Below are positions 11,235-24,352 of a stretch of DNA of 64,000 bases, one piece after another (position 1 is the first letter of the stretch; each line of letters starts with the position of its first letter). Both the position numbers and the translations under genes were made by a program. This DNA is from Tubulanus polymorphus (Eukaryota > Animalia > Nemertea), in NCBI RefSeq assembly GCF_964204645.1, contig NC_134033.1, forward strand, positions 3,992,231 through 4,056,230, written 5' to 3'. The notes beneath the pieces were generated by a model that was not told the origin of the DNA, ran no database searches, and was given only the letters and a program-made list of their open reading frames with translations.

Positions 11235-14200
11235 CTACTTCTTTTGTTGACGTTTATATCTCGTTCTAATTGATTTCATATCGATCGTCAGTATTGTATA
11301 AAGAAGCGGATTCAGAGACGAGTTGATCGGCAAAAATAGAACGGCCAGCCAAGCGGCCACCTGGTTCGGTATCTCGACCGAAAATACGGCGCAAAACTGA
11401 ACGATTATTATCGGTAGCCAGCAAAATAGATTACAAAGATTGATTACTAAACTCCTTCGCGCTAAAACCAGTTCGGTAGGATCGGCTCTACCCGAGCCCG
11501 ACCTACTTCCAGATACGAGTCTATACATCTGAGCGTACGTCGTCATTATCGTAGCCAATTTGGCCGCATTAAACAAGGCAAAAATAGCGAATGAATAGTG
11601 CCAGCCATCGACGTCGATCGTCAGTAAATTCATAGGCAAACAAACTCCGGTTGTACCATAAAAATTGTCTCCGAAGTAAGACGACGATGACAGCGGTAGA
11701 ATAGAAACTGTGATTATAACGAGCCAACACGTGCAGCAAATACCGATAACGTGTTTCGGAGTTATAATCGGACTTCTAGAAAACGGGTTGACGATATTTG
11801 AATATCTCTGACGCGTTAGAATTAAGAGAAAAGTTAAGGAACCTTCGCACGAAACGGTGACAATAACCCCGGCGAGACGACATAATGAGCTATCCGTCCA
11901 GGTTTCAGAATTCAGATAATATACGCCTTTGAACACGTGGTCAGCTCCCGCGATCAAAAACAAATAGACCGACATCAGAAAATCACAACCGGCAATATTT
12001 ATGATGAGGATATCTGAAGATGTGTTACGTGTTCCGGAGGATTCCATCCGCAAAGCTTGAACGCGAAATAAAATAACGATACTGTTAGCGAGAAAACTGA
12101 AAGATGCGATCATCCAGATGATGGATCTCAGTACAGCGTTACCCATCAGGTCAGAACAGGTGGAAAATTGATCAGCTTCGGGAAGACATCGGTCAACATT
12201 CGGTGCCATGCAGCAAAATTTGTAAGCATCCGAAGCGAGGTATTTCAATGATGTAAGATCGCCCAGAACGTTTCTTTCTACGGATATTACTTCGGAATTG
12301 TTGACGAGATCTAGAATTTCAAGTCCAACCAATCCGTAAAAAACATAGCTGGAAATATAATGTATTCTGTTACTGCTGATATTTAACGACTGTAATGCGG
12401 ATAAACCTTTAAATACATTTTCACCGAGAACCGATATAGAAAGTCCGTGAAGATCGAGAACAGTAAGTGACGTCAGACCTCGGAAACAACCGTCTTCTAA
12501 ATGTTGCAGCGGATTCCCGATAAGAAATAGTTCTTTTAAACCGATCAAACCTGCGAATGTATTAGCAGATAATGATGTTATGTGGTTGTGAGTAAGGTCT
12601 AATGTGTATAGATTGTTTAGATTAGAAAACGCGTTTGGAACGATGTTAGACAAATTATTTCCCGAAATATCGAGAAAACGAAGATAAATGAAAGAGTTGA
12701 ACGTCGACTCGTTAAATACGACTCGATTATTAGACAAAATCAAAACCCGAGTTGATTCTATAAAACGATCAGTGATATCTGATAAAAGAGCATTTTCACA
12801 ATCGATGAAATGACCCCGGCAATTACAACACTCAGGACACGTGACCTTACAGAATGACTCGTCATCCGAGTTATGTTTACAATTTACGACTCCGTCGCAA
12901 ACTTCAGATTGCGGAATACATCGATTTTCCTGGCCACATTTAAACATTCCCGGACACGACCAAGTCTCGCAGTTTTGTTCATCTTCTGAATTAGGACAAT
13001 CGGATCGACCGTCACAAACGTGTCTGATCGGTATACAGTAAGATGCCGGACATTTTACAGTACCAGCCGCGCATTCGAAGTCATTACACGCGAGTATATG
13101 TTCAAGATTTCTACATACCGGGAAACCAATCGGCATCCTTTCTAAAATACACCTTTCGTGTCGGGAATAACAGCGAGGAGAATTGAACGAACATCTTTGT
13201 TCATCCGATTCCTTACACAGATCTGTGAAACGAGTCGTACAGTGATTGTCATTATTACAGTAAACCTCGGGATTCATTGTCATATTAGTGACCAATTCGT
13301 CTTCTTCGAGACTTCCGCTACAATCCACGACACCATCCCGATACAACTGAGAACTAATACATTCACCGTCCGCGCACGAGAACACCTGACAAAGTTTGGC
13401 AGTGCATCCGATCTCATCGGAACCGTCTTTACAGTTGGCTAGTCCGTCACATCGTTTATAACTATCGATGCATTGGTGATTGGAACAGCGATATTGCGTA
13501 GATAGACACGGTGGATGATAACACGAGTTCTCATCCGAGCCATCGACGCAATCTCTCATAAAGTCACAGAAACTGCTAATCGATATAACTTGTCCATCGT
13601 TACAGCGGAACTGACTGTGTAAATTGATATCCGTACAATCGAGTTCATCTTCACCGTGCTGACAGTCGTTTCTGGTATCGCATACGCGATGGTCGCTGAT
13701 ACATCTTTGATCGTTACATTCAAACTGCCACGATTTACAACCGCTTATAGAAGCTAACTCTTCACCAGTTACATTATAGGTGCATAACACGGAATGTACT
13801 TTATCTTTTGTATCATCGAAAGGTTTCAATAACCATTTAACCGATTGAATATAAGTAAATTCATTAATGGTCACCATTGGTTTGATAACTTTAAACCCGT
13901 CTCGGTCCATCGTCAGAATAGCGCCATATTGATGTCTATATTGAAATTCGTTGATCAAATTTTTCAAGTCACTTTCTGTATTTGAGGTGATTCTTACTAT
14001 TTCGGCGCGGATGCTGTGACACATTTCTCTAGCACTCCGAATATTTAAACCTCGATTGTTTTTCCAGTCGGTTAGTATTTGATAACATTGTCCGTAAATA
14101 GTTACCCAACCTCGTGGACAGGTTGAATTAGTTAAAGGTACATCGGGAATCATTTGATCTATGGTTTTATTTAAGTCTGTATTTGTTGAATTGTTCGCAT

Positions 14201-17200
14201 CGTTTATCGTTGAATTGTGTTCATTTTTGATGTCGATTCTCTCAGATTCACAAATGAATGTCGTGTGCGTCTCCTCGATTTGACACGGGAATCGAACCCA
14301 GTTCGCCGATCCTCGTGGATTATTCAGTATCATCGCCGTACACGGCATATTGACGTCATTTATCGGTTGTTTTCTTAGCGGAGATATCAATCCTCGAATA
14401 ACTTCTGGTATCGTTTCATTAATAACAGGTTTATACCACTCTGTGTAGCTCAATGGTTTACCGCCAGTCCACGTGTAATAACCATCATCCTGTTTCGTGA
14501 AGAAAATTAAACATATCGTAATTTTTAAAAAACCTTTATATTCTAATTCATAATTGTATACATTAGTCTTACCTGCCATTTCAATCCAATCATCATTATG
14601 AGCGCTTTTAATGTGTACACCAATCGGAGAAGTTCTGTAGCGAATAATCTTTTGATGGAAATCATTTCCTGTTCTGAGTTGATACTGAGTAGATGTCCCG
14701 CGTACTTCTGTCTACAGTATATTTCAGCGTTCTCCCAATTCAGACGTTCATCTCTGATGAATTTGATGCAAGAAATTCCGGAATCCAGAAATCCTTGTTT
14801 ACAGTAGAAATCATCGAAATGTTTAATCGGTAACGACTCGTGTAACGTGTATTGTATTTGAAATATCGGAATGAAATTGTTTACTTCAAAACGCAAAGTA
14901 TTATCTATTAAACTATAAAATATAAGTCCACGAACCGCGTTATTTTCACATATTTTAGTTTCATGTCGAGTGTGAAAGCGTTCGTAAATTATTGATTGTT
15001 TCAAAATGATCGGATCATTCTCACCTACGCTGTTTGTTTCACATGAAACGGATCCAATAGATTTGACAATAAATCTGAAATATTGAAATATATTTTGTTG
15101 TATCGGGTTTTCAAATTTATATGAAATAGATTTTGATGTACGTACTGCCCAACCCGGGTAGTTCGGTGACTGCACGAGTCCACATTTATCTTTAGTAGTA
15201 ACTGGAAGACGGGATCCAAGATATCCAAAACTATCGGCTTTTTTCACTCCTAGACATTTACGACGTAGTTTAACTATTAGTTGTCGCTGCCAGAATACAA
15301 ACCCATATGTGAAATCTACAGTGTTTAATACGAGACTGTTATTAAGAAACTGATTACTCAAACTCAGAAACTGATCACATCGCCATGACATCTTGAGAAA
15401 ACATCGGTCAATTTGATATTCGTGTTCTGATAATATGTGAATATTTTTCGAGCGAAGGCGTCGATTTTCAGGTGTAATCACGAGACAGTGTGACGTCATA
15501 TTGATCTGACGTTCTTCATCCTGTAGAACATAACCGTCACAATCAGTAGGAGCAAATTTAAGAGATGAGCTACCGAATCTTAACTGATTGTTATAGTAAT
15601 AAGCGTATGCTACTACAGTAACCGGTCCACCTGTTGTAATCAGGCTGACGACAGATCGACCGGAGAATGAATCAGGACAATACGGACCATAGCGTCTAGC
15701 TGTGAAATTACTACCATCAAATATATAAAAACCAGCTCGATCACAGTTTTCTGATAGCACTGTTAGTTTCAACTGTTCTTCATAGATGTTCACTTTCCAG
15801 TTTAGTTGTAATGTCGTTACACGATACAATGTATTCTTTGTTCTCGGGAACAATCGATTATCTGATATTGAGTTTGTGAGTGAATGCTGGAATATAAGAG
15901 AATTGATTACAACATTGAACGTTTACAATACGACAATTTCAAACCAATCACAACCTGAAAATATCGATAATAGTTCTCCTTGTAATCCAAACTAAATCTA
16001 AATTCTTCCACTAATCATCATAATTACTCTGCGTAAACAACAAGTGCGTCCGAATATATTGTAATTTGGGTCACACATAACATTGTTATTCCAATTTTCT
16101 CGGTAAAGTTTCGCTGGTCAAAATCATAGATTATTACAATGATTCTATTACACGAACCTAATTTACAAATCACTGTAATAAACTTACCGATATCTGTGGC
16201 TTGTTGACGTAGACGTCTGATATTGTCATCGATTTCGCTTCAAATTCTATTTTCAAATTCGATCTTAAAAAATCCGATGTCGTTAAAACGCACAGAATCA
16301 CGACAAATCCGTCTGATTTTACCCTCAGGGATTCAAGATGGTTAAAACTGAGTAAAATATCAGTTCTCACAATACGTAACCCTTCCTGTTTATATACACC
16401 AACGACACCTGGTGACGAGACGAGATCACGTGTCCAGTTGAAGACGACGTACTGCAGAACATCGACTGTGATAGACCAGCAGTATAAGTGTTTAGACTGA
16501 GTTACTATATGTGGTATTCCATCAATTGTAGTGAGCAGTCCTGATTTATTATAGACTTGAATTAACGGGTTAGAGATGTTCCAATCTGATATTTTGTAAA
16601 CTTGCACAAGTAACTTTGACTTAAACCAAGATCTACTTGAAATGAATTCAATACGTGCTTTATTAGTTTTAGTATAAAACGATGAAGGTGGATGTCCGGT
16701 TTGTTCTCGTGTAAGAGCTATAGGTTCACTGGTGCTGTTCCATCCGTCGTAAATTTGAGGACGAGGTTTCATCGGATCCTCACCTGGTCTTAATCTGAAA
16801 TCTATCTGTAAAAACGTTAAATTCATTGCGAACCCGTCTGGCATCCCGATCCATTCTAACAACAATTTACATCGCCGGGTAGAAATCATGAATTTATAAC
16901 CTGTTTGAGTTGGTAATTCTTTTACTGTATGTTTGTGACATGTATGTACGATTTTCAAGCGACTCTGTTCCTCAAAACGATATATGATATAAACCCGACT
17001 ACCTCGCGCTCCATCGACGTTACTCCTAAACAACAACGAAATCAAACCGTTACTGCGGATATCTAATTGTTTTCTTCCGGTAGCGCAGAGTTTGTTGTCG
17101 GACTCGCCGACGAGAAGGTAGTTTTCGTTACAGAATATCGACGGCTCGATTTCGTAGTAAACTTGAACGAGAAAACTTCCCGGTAAAGAGCTGTTGACGA

Positions 17201-17414
17201 ACCAACGACATTCGACACCGCGCACTAACGACGGATAGTTCGGTGAAACGATGTAACCAGACGTAGAATCGACGGAGTATTGAGTGTTGTTACAAGATGA
17301 ACTGACTGTAACAGACGCGGCTTCCTCGACAGAGTTTGCGCGATCAGCCCGCGTAAATATACAGTCTCCGCAAGCGATCAGTAAAACTACGAACAACGCT
17401 TTCATTCGCTGCAT
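11235..17414 (-). CDS. GRL101/RXFP-like GPCR with CUB, C-type lectin, LDLa and LRR ectodomain, copy 2 (~1931 aa)
   Basis: Exons 17414-16188, 15886-14573 and 14489-11235, all in frame. Signal peptide MKALFVVLLIACGDC; CUB motif SGYIVSPNYP; CTL motifs LNWENAEIYC and WTGGKPLSYTEW; LDLa CDGRSDCPNSEDE; LRR LxxLDLxxN; hinge AYKFCC; TM7 FLPINSSLNPLLYT. Confidence 0.92.
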
Positions 17415-18589
17415 ATTGAACACAATTCACGCTTCAAAACTAACACATTTCTAACTCTTTCCAAGTTTGCGCGATATTTCTCATAAGAGTCGCTGCAAAG
17501 TAATGACGAGTTGTCAAGTTGTCAGAAGTTGACGAATGGATCGAGTCCAATTATTTTGTAAAAAGATCTCCCATCAAACTGGCGCCAGTCTCGTATTTCT
17601 GTTACTTTCACCTGCGCTCGGTTTCGCAGTAATTACCGTGGTTTCTAAATTTAGACGTGTTTCAATATATCGTGTTTATAATCATGTGCAATTATTTCTC
17701 TAAAAATATTTACTTTCTCTCCCGAACTGCGTTCAGTTTGTGATAATATTCTATGACATTTTCTATCTTTACCTCAAAATATTCTGCGTCTCTGTAAAAC
17801 ACTTCGTCAATATCTGTTTTGACTAAATTCGCTCTACAGTCAATATAATAACTGAGTTGAAGCTAAGTGAAGCGCGTGGATATCTGATTGTGGTGAGTAA
17901 GGTCTTGTTTGGAACAGATTGTTTTGAAGAAACAATAGCAACCAAGTAAGACGGGGATCACAGCGGTAGATCCGGAATCTACACCTCGGAATACATCTTC
18001 CTACCAAGTTTAGAAGGAATCAGAGAAAAATTTTTTTTCGCCGAAAAAAAACTCCTGGACTTACACCTTAGATGTTTGCCGTTTTTAGCCAAAAAATCGA
18101 ATCCGTTCGATTTGCTTAAAATTTAAGTCCTAAATATTTTCGGGGGTGCTGATTCCAAATCTGCAATCAGATTTCAAATATCTCAAAAACCCTGGGGTCC
18201 AGGGCCTTTTTAAAATTTAAGGGGTACCCGTAAGAATTCGAATTTCTCATTTTTGAGGCCTCGGATCCTAAGAATTCTTTCAGATTTGTGATCAGCACCC
18301 CAGAATACATGTCTATACTAAATTTCTCCGAAATTGGAGACAAAAAATATTTGACCCCTAACCCTCGTTTTGGGGGGTACCTTAGATTGCCATTTCTATG
18401 ATACACCAGTAACTAGACTTAACTCTAACATAACTCAAATTTATTAAGTTTCATGTATATTTTTAGGATGTTTGTCATCAATATGGCGGAACTATTGACG
18501 GTTGTTATGGTGGTGACGATTCCCCCTTTACCTACAATCAGTAGAGAATTGATTTGAACATTATACAGACATTGATGCAGTGGAGCAGA

Positions 18590-18670
18590 TGGACCAAGAT
18601 GAACCAGGACGAACCCCAATAAACTAGGATGAACCAGGACGAACCCAGATAAACCAAGATGAACCAAGTA
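18590..18670. repeat. 10-bp minisatellite (ccaggatgaa/ccaggacgaa/cccagataaa), ~8 units
   Basis: Visible tandem units. Confidence 0.8.
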
Positions 18671-18897
18671 GAGTTGTGACTTGGAAGAAATGCTAGAAAT
18701 TGATGTCTCATTTTAATAGTTATCAATAGGTACGTAGGCAATCGAGGCTGGAGACATGCTAGTACAAAGGGAATCGGATTTCTATTCTTAAGCCTAGTTA
18801 CTGTGTGAAACTCCCTGGCCCTGCTCCCTCTCTCTATCAATCCCTAGCCTAGCATCTAGAATGATGTTACATTGTTTACAATGTTATTATATTGTAG

Positions 18898-19519
18898 ATA
18901 ACAATGATCTGTACGTGTGGGGTAGAAATTAACATGGCTCCTTAGGTTTAGGAAACATGGACGATCAATTCTTTCCGTTTAAGGTAAGTCTCAATTTCTC
19001 AAGATTTAAAACACTCCTAAAGCACCACTCACTCAAAATTTTTGGTTTATTTCTACTAGACGGTGCAAAGAGTTGTCGGCTTTTAACTCAAAAACAGTAA
19101 ACCTTGTCTTACTGAAACGGAGACTTGCAAAATTTATACTTGCTAAGCAAAAATCTGAGTGGAGGATCAGAAAATTCCATTAGAAAGTGAGAAAATGATT
19201 TCATTTCCGTCTGAATTCGACAAAAGTCCAGGAGTTTTTAGACATTTCCGAGTTAGATTGCTAGGTTTTAATTCTCGACCACAGAACTTGAATCATCAGT
19301 CAATGGGATATCACTGGTATCACATTGATTCAAGTTAGGAACAGACTCTACTGTACTGTAATAACATAGCGCACCAGAAACAACATGTGTGATACTGATG
19401 CATCATAAATCTGATATCTGATATTGTAAATATGATTTCAGGTCGTGATTCCTGGGTTAATTCAGTCAGTTCATTGCGGAGTTGATCACATGTTCGCTTT
19501 ATGCAAGACTTTTATTTGA
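18898..19519 (+). pseudogene. RCC1L: RCC1L/WBSCR16 last two exons, duplicated fragment with premature stop
   Basis: Exons 18898-18983 and 19442-19519 give NNDLYVWGRN*HGSLGLGNMDDQFFPFK|VVIPGLIQSVHCGVDHMFALCKTFI*, resembling the RCC1L C-terminus as recalled (LFVWGKN..GCLGIG..EDQYFP..CGVDHM..LAKSFI). TAA at 18930-18932; AATAAA at ~19566; no upstream exons. Confidence 0.8.
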
Positions 19520-20133
19520 TATTTAACTCTGATGCACATTTTTCACTGAAAGAAAGAAATTTCACAATAAATTGATTATTCACTAATTTTGTGGTGGTTG
19601 TAACTGATTTTCTGTTCTAGTTTAAGTGGAATCTCGTTGATATGAATCTTGTGGGATGCAATTGTTGAATCAAACTGGTTTCGTCTTTACACAGATTTGT
19701 CGTATTAACGAGGTTCAACTGAAGTTTTTCCAGTTGTTTGCGCCAATTTGTGGTTGGGAGAGTTTGATTTTAACCCTGACCAAGAAGGGTCGACCTTAAT
19801 AGGAGGTTTAATGGTTCACGTGCTGCAACTTTAATGGTAGCGTTGGATGAATGCACTTTTTTGGAGCATAAAATTTAATTTGCTTTAGATTCTGTCTGTG
19901 GCATGTGAGTCTACCTCTTTACCGCTTTATGCAATTAGATTCCGTTGACAGAAGAGTTCTATCAAAAATGGCTTGAAAATCGTTTTAAAAAGATCCCCTT
20001 TCCAAAAGCTTAAAAATTAATTGAATTATTCATAGAAAACGGAATCGTGGTGAATAATGAACGAAATTCGGCTAAAATAATATCTGTATTACTTGCATGC
20101 CACAGTAAGATTGCAAGGCTGGGTAAGATATCA

Positions 20134-20750
20134 ACCGTACAGTGCTGCCCCTATGAATAACGACAGCGGAATTTCTGTGAACTAAAATAGCGCCGCCGGA
20201 ATATGAATTTCCCAATTACGTACAATACGGACCAGTGTGGCACCTAATTCTATTAAATATGATACTATGAATACTCTATAATTTTTTAATGAAATTTTCT
20301 TATTTTTTAGGTAACGATATTCAATTTTGATAGCTAAAATTCACTTTCTTATCAATTAATTAGTATTTATATTCAGAATAAGTTATTCATTTATATTTTT
20401 GAATGATAATTTATCATCTGATTTGACAAAATTTCCATATTTTTTCTTCGATATATTTTAATTGCGCGCAAATAATCAGGGAACATTCAAACACCTGTCG
20501 CTCTCTGCCAGACGATACTAAAAATATCCCGATTCAAATTTACTCTTTTAAGGTTAATTCTCTTATAGAATAATTGTTTGGTTCAAACGTTTCAGAGCAG
20601 TTGAAAGATTTTGAGAATTCCCTCGGAATCCGGCCCGCAAATCGGTAATTAGTTCGTCCACTACGGCCGTCCGAAGACTCTGGCAAGCGAGTTTTAAGTT
20701 AGTTCACGTTTTCCCCGCTATCGTTATATGTAGGGGCAGCACTAGACGGT
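20134..20750. mobile_element. MITE (~600 bp)
   Basis: TIRs accgt..agtgctgcccctat..ataacga.agcgg / ccgctatcgttat..taggggcagcact..acggt; AT-rich interior. Confidence 0.65.
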
Positions 20751-21540
20751 CGACATGGAAATCGCGCACTGTGGAGCACGCTCAATTCAATCTCTAATTC
20801 TTTATTTACAATGAAACTAAGTCTCTCAATTGATAAAGACTTTAAAGCCACAATGATTCCCATCGTACGAGCTTTGATATTGGTTTAAAAGATAAGAATT
20901 CATGAGATTTCGTGCCCTCACAGACACTCGGACTTTACAGACACGTCCACCACAGGGACCTGGAGTCAAGTGTTTAACGGTAACCTTGTCCTTGCTGTGG
21001 TCACTTTCACTTGGCCGTTTAAAGTAAGACATACGTAAGAATAAGAATTCACAAGATTTCATGTCCTCAGGGACACATAGGGGGACCTCACAGACACAGG
21101 GACCTCGGCACTCAGTGTCAATAACCACTTTCACTAGCCAGGCGGCGCCGCATGCACGACATGGTGCAGGTGATAGTTTCACAAATCTTGATGAGCTGTT
21201 GTTACAATTCCTGTTAATTCCTCCTCTTTTCCACATGTTCAGCAGGTTACCATCACCAGCTGAATCGACCAGTTTCACCATCTTACTCCCACAGTGGCCG
21301 AGTATATCAGTTACGTAAAAACAATCTGTTAATCCAGTAAAGTTGTGAAAACTTTTGCATAAGCCTTTACTAGTATGTCTGAGAGTTTGAGTTTGAGTTT
21401 GTTAATGTGTTTTTCTAGAGACTGTTTCAGTTTCATATTTCAGGTTTTCCTCTCTGGACTGTCGTTGCTAAACTTCATCACAAATACTGGATATGGACTT
21501 CAACTGAAATTCTTCAGTTTTACTTCTTCAGTCAACTTCT

Positions 21541-21698
21541 TCCGGACTAGTGAACTTACCGGACTACTAGTGAACTAACCAGACTGTATGTGAACTTACC
21601 GGACTACATGTGAACTATATGTGCTCTAACCGGACTACTAGTGAACTAACTGGACTACATGTGAACTTACCAAACTACATGTGAACTAACTGGACTAA
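21541..21698. repeat. ~20-bp minisatellite (ggactactagtgaactaacc)
   Basis: Visible tandem units. Confidence 0.75.
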
Positions 21699-22029
21699 AA
21701 GTCGATTGATACTCGTAAAAAATAATCAGTGGTTGACTCCTGAAGGTGTGGAATTCTGTATGTGGAATTGTGGAACTCCGTGGACTATTATTACTGCTAG
21801 ACAAGGGAGGAGAGACTTGTGTGAGTAGAATTTCTTTTATGTTTCAAAAACAATTATGAGAGAGCAGTTTATCTGTAAACATAGTGTTTACTGAGTGTCA
21901 TAAGAATTGTCAATGGAGTTATTTACAGCAGCCTGTAATTGTGTGGCAGGAATTATAATTCAGGGTTTTAGTGAGAGTATCAATTTCTGCCTTAAAAATT
22001 AATTGAATACTTGGCTCAATAGATAAAAT

Positions 22030-22823
22030 TGTATTTTTGGACCAAATTTCATCAAAATTTGTGACGAAAATAAGGGTCAAAACACAAAATCCTGAATATC
22101 TCATTTTAGAGGCCTCAGATCCAAAAACTAACTTCATATTCGTGATCAGCACACCAAAAAACATTTCTGTACCAAATTTTATTAAAATTGGGCCAAAAAA
22201 ATATTTTGATTTTGTACCCCATTTTTGGGGTGCATATTTTGGGCATTAAAACCCTTATTTGCCAATGAAGATGAATTCCGATTCAAAATCTGATTGCATA
22301 TCCGGAATCTACACCACAGAATACATTTTCCTACCAAGTTTACAAGGAATCAAAGAAAAAAAATTTTTCGCCGAAAAAAAACTCCTGGACCTTAGATTTT
22401 TGCCGTTTTTGGCCAAAAAATCGAATCTCTTCGATTTGCTTAAAATTTTAGTCCTTACTATTTTCAGGGGCGCTGATTTCAAATCTGCAATCAGATTTTG
22501 AATATCTGGGGTCCAAGGCCTTTTGACAATTTGGGGGTCCCCCCAAAAATTAGAATTTCTCATTTTTGGGGCCTCGGATCCGAAAAATTCTTTCAGATTT
22601 GTAATCAGCACCCCAGAATACATGTATATACTGAATTTCATCGAAATCGGTGACAAAAAATATTTGGCCCCTGACCCTCATTTTGGGGGTACCTTAGATT
22701 GCCATTTCTCTGATACACCGGTAACTAGACTTAACTCTAACTCTGTATGTTTGATTGATGGCCTTAAATCTATTAAGTTTCATGTATATTTTTAGGATGT
22801 TTGTCATCAATATGGTGGAACTA
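22030..22823. repeat. Dispersed repeat with internal duplication (likely non-autonomous transposon); partial copies at 17970-18495 and 60460-60980
   Basis: Repeated motif gcctcggatcc..ttcagatttgtgatcagcacccc (22091-22240 vs 22551-22700); 22300-22823 matches 17970-18495. Confidence 0.6.
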
Positions 22824-23054
22824 TGATCAGGACTACATCAGATGGTGTGGGCAGTGTTCAAACTCAGCGACAGGATAAACAAACAAACGAACTCATATTG
22901 GGAGAACTTGACTTCAGTTATAGTGAACTTTATGTCCACGAGGACAAAATAATAACATTACTGCTGATGGGATAAATATCTGTTTGAACTAGAAACTGTT
23001 AACGGTATTCTAGATAGAAAACAAGAGGAACATAAGTTCAGGTGATATGCCATC

Positions 23055-23412
23055 CTATCCTCTCTATCTCTTTCTATCCTCTCTCATTCTCACTCTCTCC
23101 TCACTCTGTTTCACTCTCATCTCTCCTCACTCTGTCTCACTCTCACTCTCTCCTCACTCTGTTTCACTCTCATCTCTCCTCACTCTGTCTCATTCTCACT
23201 CTCTCCTCACTCTGTTTCACTCTCATCTCTCTCCTCACTCTGTCCCTTTCTCACTCTCTCCTCACTCTGTTTCACTCTCATCTCTCCTCACTCTGTCTCA
23301 TTCTCACTCTCTCCTCACTCTGTTTCACTCTCATCTCTCCTCACTCTCTCTCTCTCTCTCATCTCTCCTCCTTTCTCTTACTCTGTCTCTGCCCACTCTT
23401 GTCTCATTCTCT
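23055..23412. repeat. CT-rich low-complexity minisatellite (ctctcctcactctgtttcactctcat)
   Basis: Visible tandem units. Confidence 0.9.
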
Positions 23413-23535
23413 ATTACCATCTACCGGGTTGAAATGGGAACTAGTTCCTGTCTCGCCCGGTAGATGGCATTATTTTTTTGATAAAATTTGCTTAAGCAAT
23501 GGATAAATATGAGTTCCTCTGTGTGCTGCCAGCAC

Positions 23536-23605
23536 GTCCCTATAGCGTAGTGGGTAGGGTGCTGGACTGCTAGTCGAATGGTTGGTGGTTCAAATCCCAT
23601 TTTAG
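23536..23605 (+). mobile_element. tRNA-derived SINE head / tRNA pseudogene
   Basis: A box TAGCGTAGTGG and B box GGTTCAAATCC; anticodon-like arm gacTGCTAgtc; acceptor stem does not pair. Confidence 0.55.
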
Positions 23606-23925
23606 TTGATATTAAATATTGATGTTTCAATAAAATGTTGAATTTTACTTTTGCAAACAAGCTGTAAGAAATTCCTACTTTGAATTTGGAATAAATTCTT
23701 TGATTTGTACTTTGCGTTTGTCCTTTCCTATTTGACTTTGTCCTTTCCTTGATTGTGTGAGAAGCGGAAGAGTTCTTTCCGGAGCAGTGTCGAGTATGAA
23801 GTTGTGAGGGGAAGAGTCATTTCCGGAGCCCGAGACAGAGATTTTTAGTAAGACGAGCATTTTATGTATATGGACGTTTACTTATTTACGTTACTTTATA
23901 ACATGCGGCAAAACGAAATAATGAC

Positions 23926-24352
23926 GGAGTAGAGTCTGCGTCTCGAGGTTTGGAGATGGTGCTTTAGTCGGAGTAGAGTCTGCGTCTCGAGGTTTGGAGA
24001 TGTTTGGAGATGGTGCTTTAGTCGGAGTAGAGTCTGCGTCTCGAGGTTTGGAGATGGTGCTTTAGTCGGAGTAGAGTCTGCGTCTCGAGGTTTGGAGATG
24101 GTGCTTTAGTCGGAGTAGAGTCTGCGTCTCGAGGTTTGGAGATGGTGCCTTAGTCGGAGTAGAGTCTGCGTCTCGAGGTTTGGAGATGGTGCCTTAGTCG
24201 GAGTAGAGTCTGCGTCTCGAGGTTTGGAGATGATGCTTTAGTCGGAGTAGAGTCTGCGTCTCAAGGTTTGGAGATGGAGTGGAGTCTGCATCTCGAGGTT
24301 TGGAGATGGTGCTTTAGTCGGAGTTGAGTCTGCGTCTCGAGATTTGAAGATG
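23926..24352. repeat. 44-bp tandem repeat, ~9-10 copies
   Basis: Unit ggagtagagtctgcgtctcgaggtttggagatggtgctttagtc, head-to-tail with no spacers. Confidence 0.92.

Noticed and set aside
14490-14579. N-terminus MAGKTNVY... of the 1114-aa ORF (also MIYFIFF... at 56983)
   Set aside because: Chance open frame through intron 2; not conserved in the other copies.
22796-22975. Possible exon after tttttag (start shared with 18466 and 60954)
   Set aside because: No frame gives a recognisable protein, and the copies diverge after ~30 nt.
23042-23506. Leu/Ser/His-rich ORFs (also 60912-61477, 32016-32304, 22037-22795)
   Set aside because: Translations of minisatellites, MITE palindromes or dispersed repeats.
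23536-23605. Functional tRNA-Ser(GCT)
   Set aside because: The acceptor stem cannot pair and there is no long variable arm; better explained as a SINE head.
23926-24352. 44-bp repeat array as a CRISPR array
   Set aside because: Units are contiguous with no unique spacers, there are no cas genes, and the context is eukaryotic.
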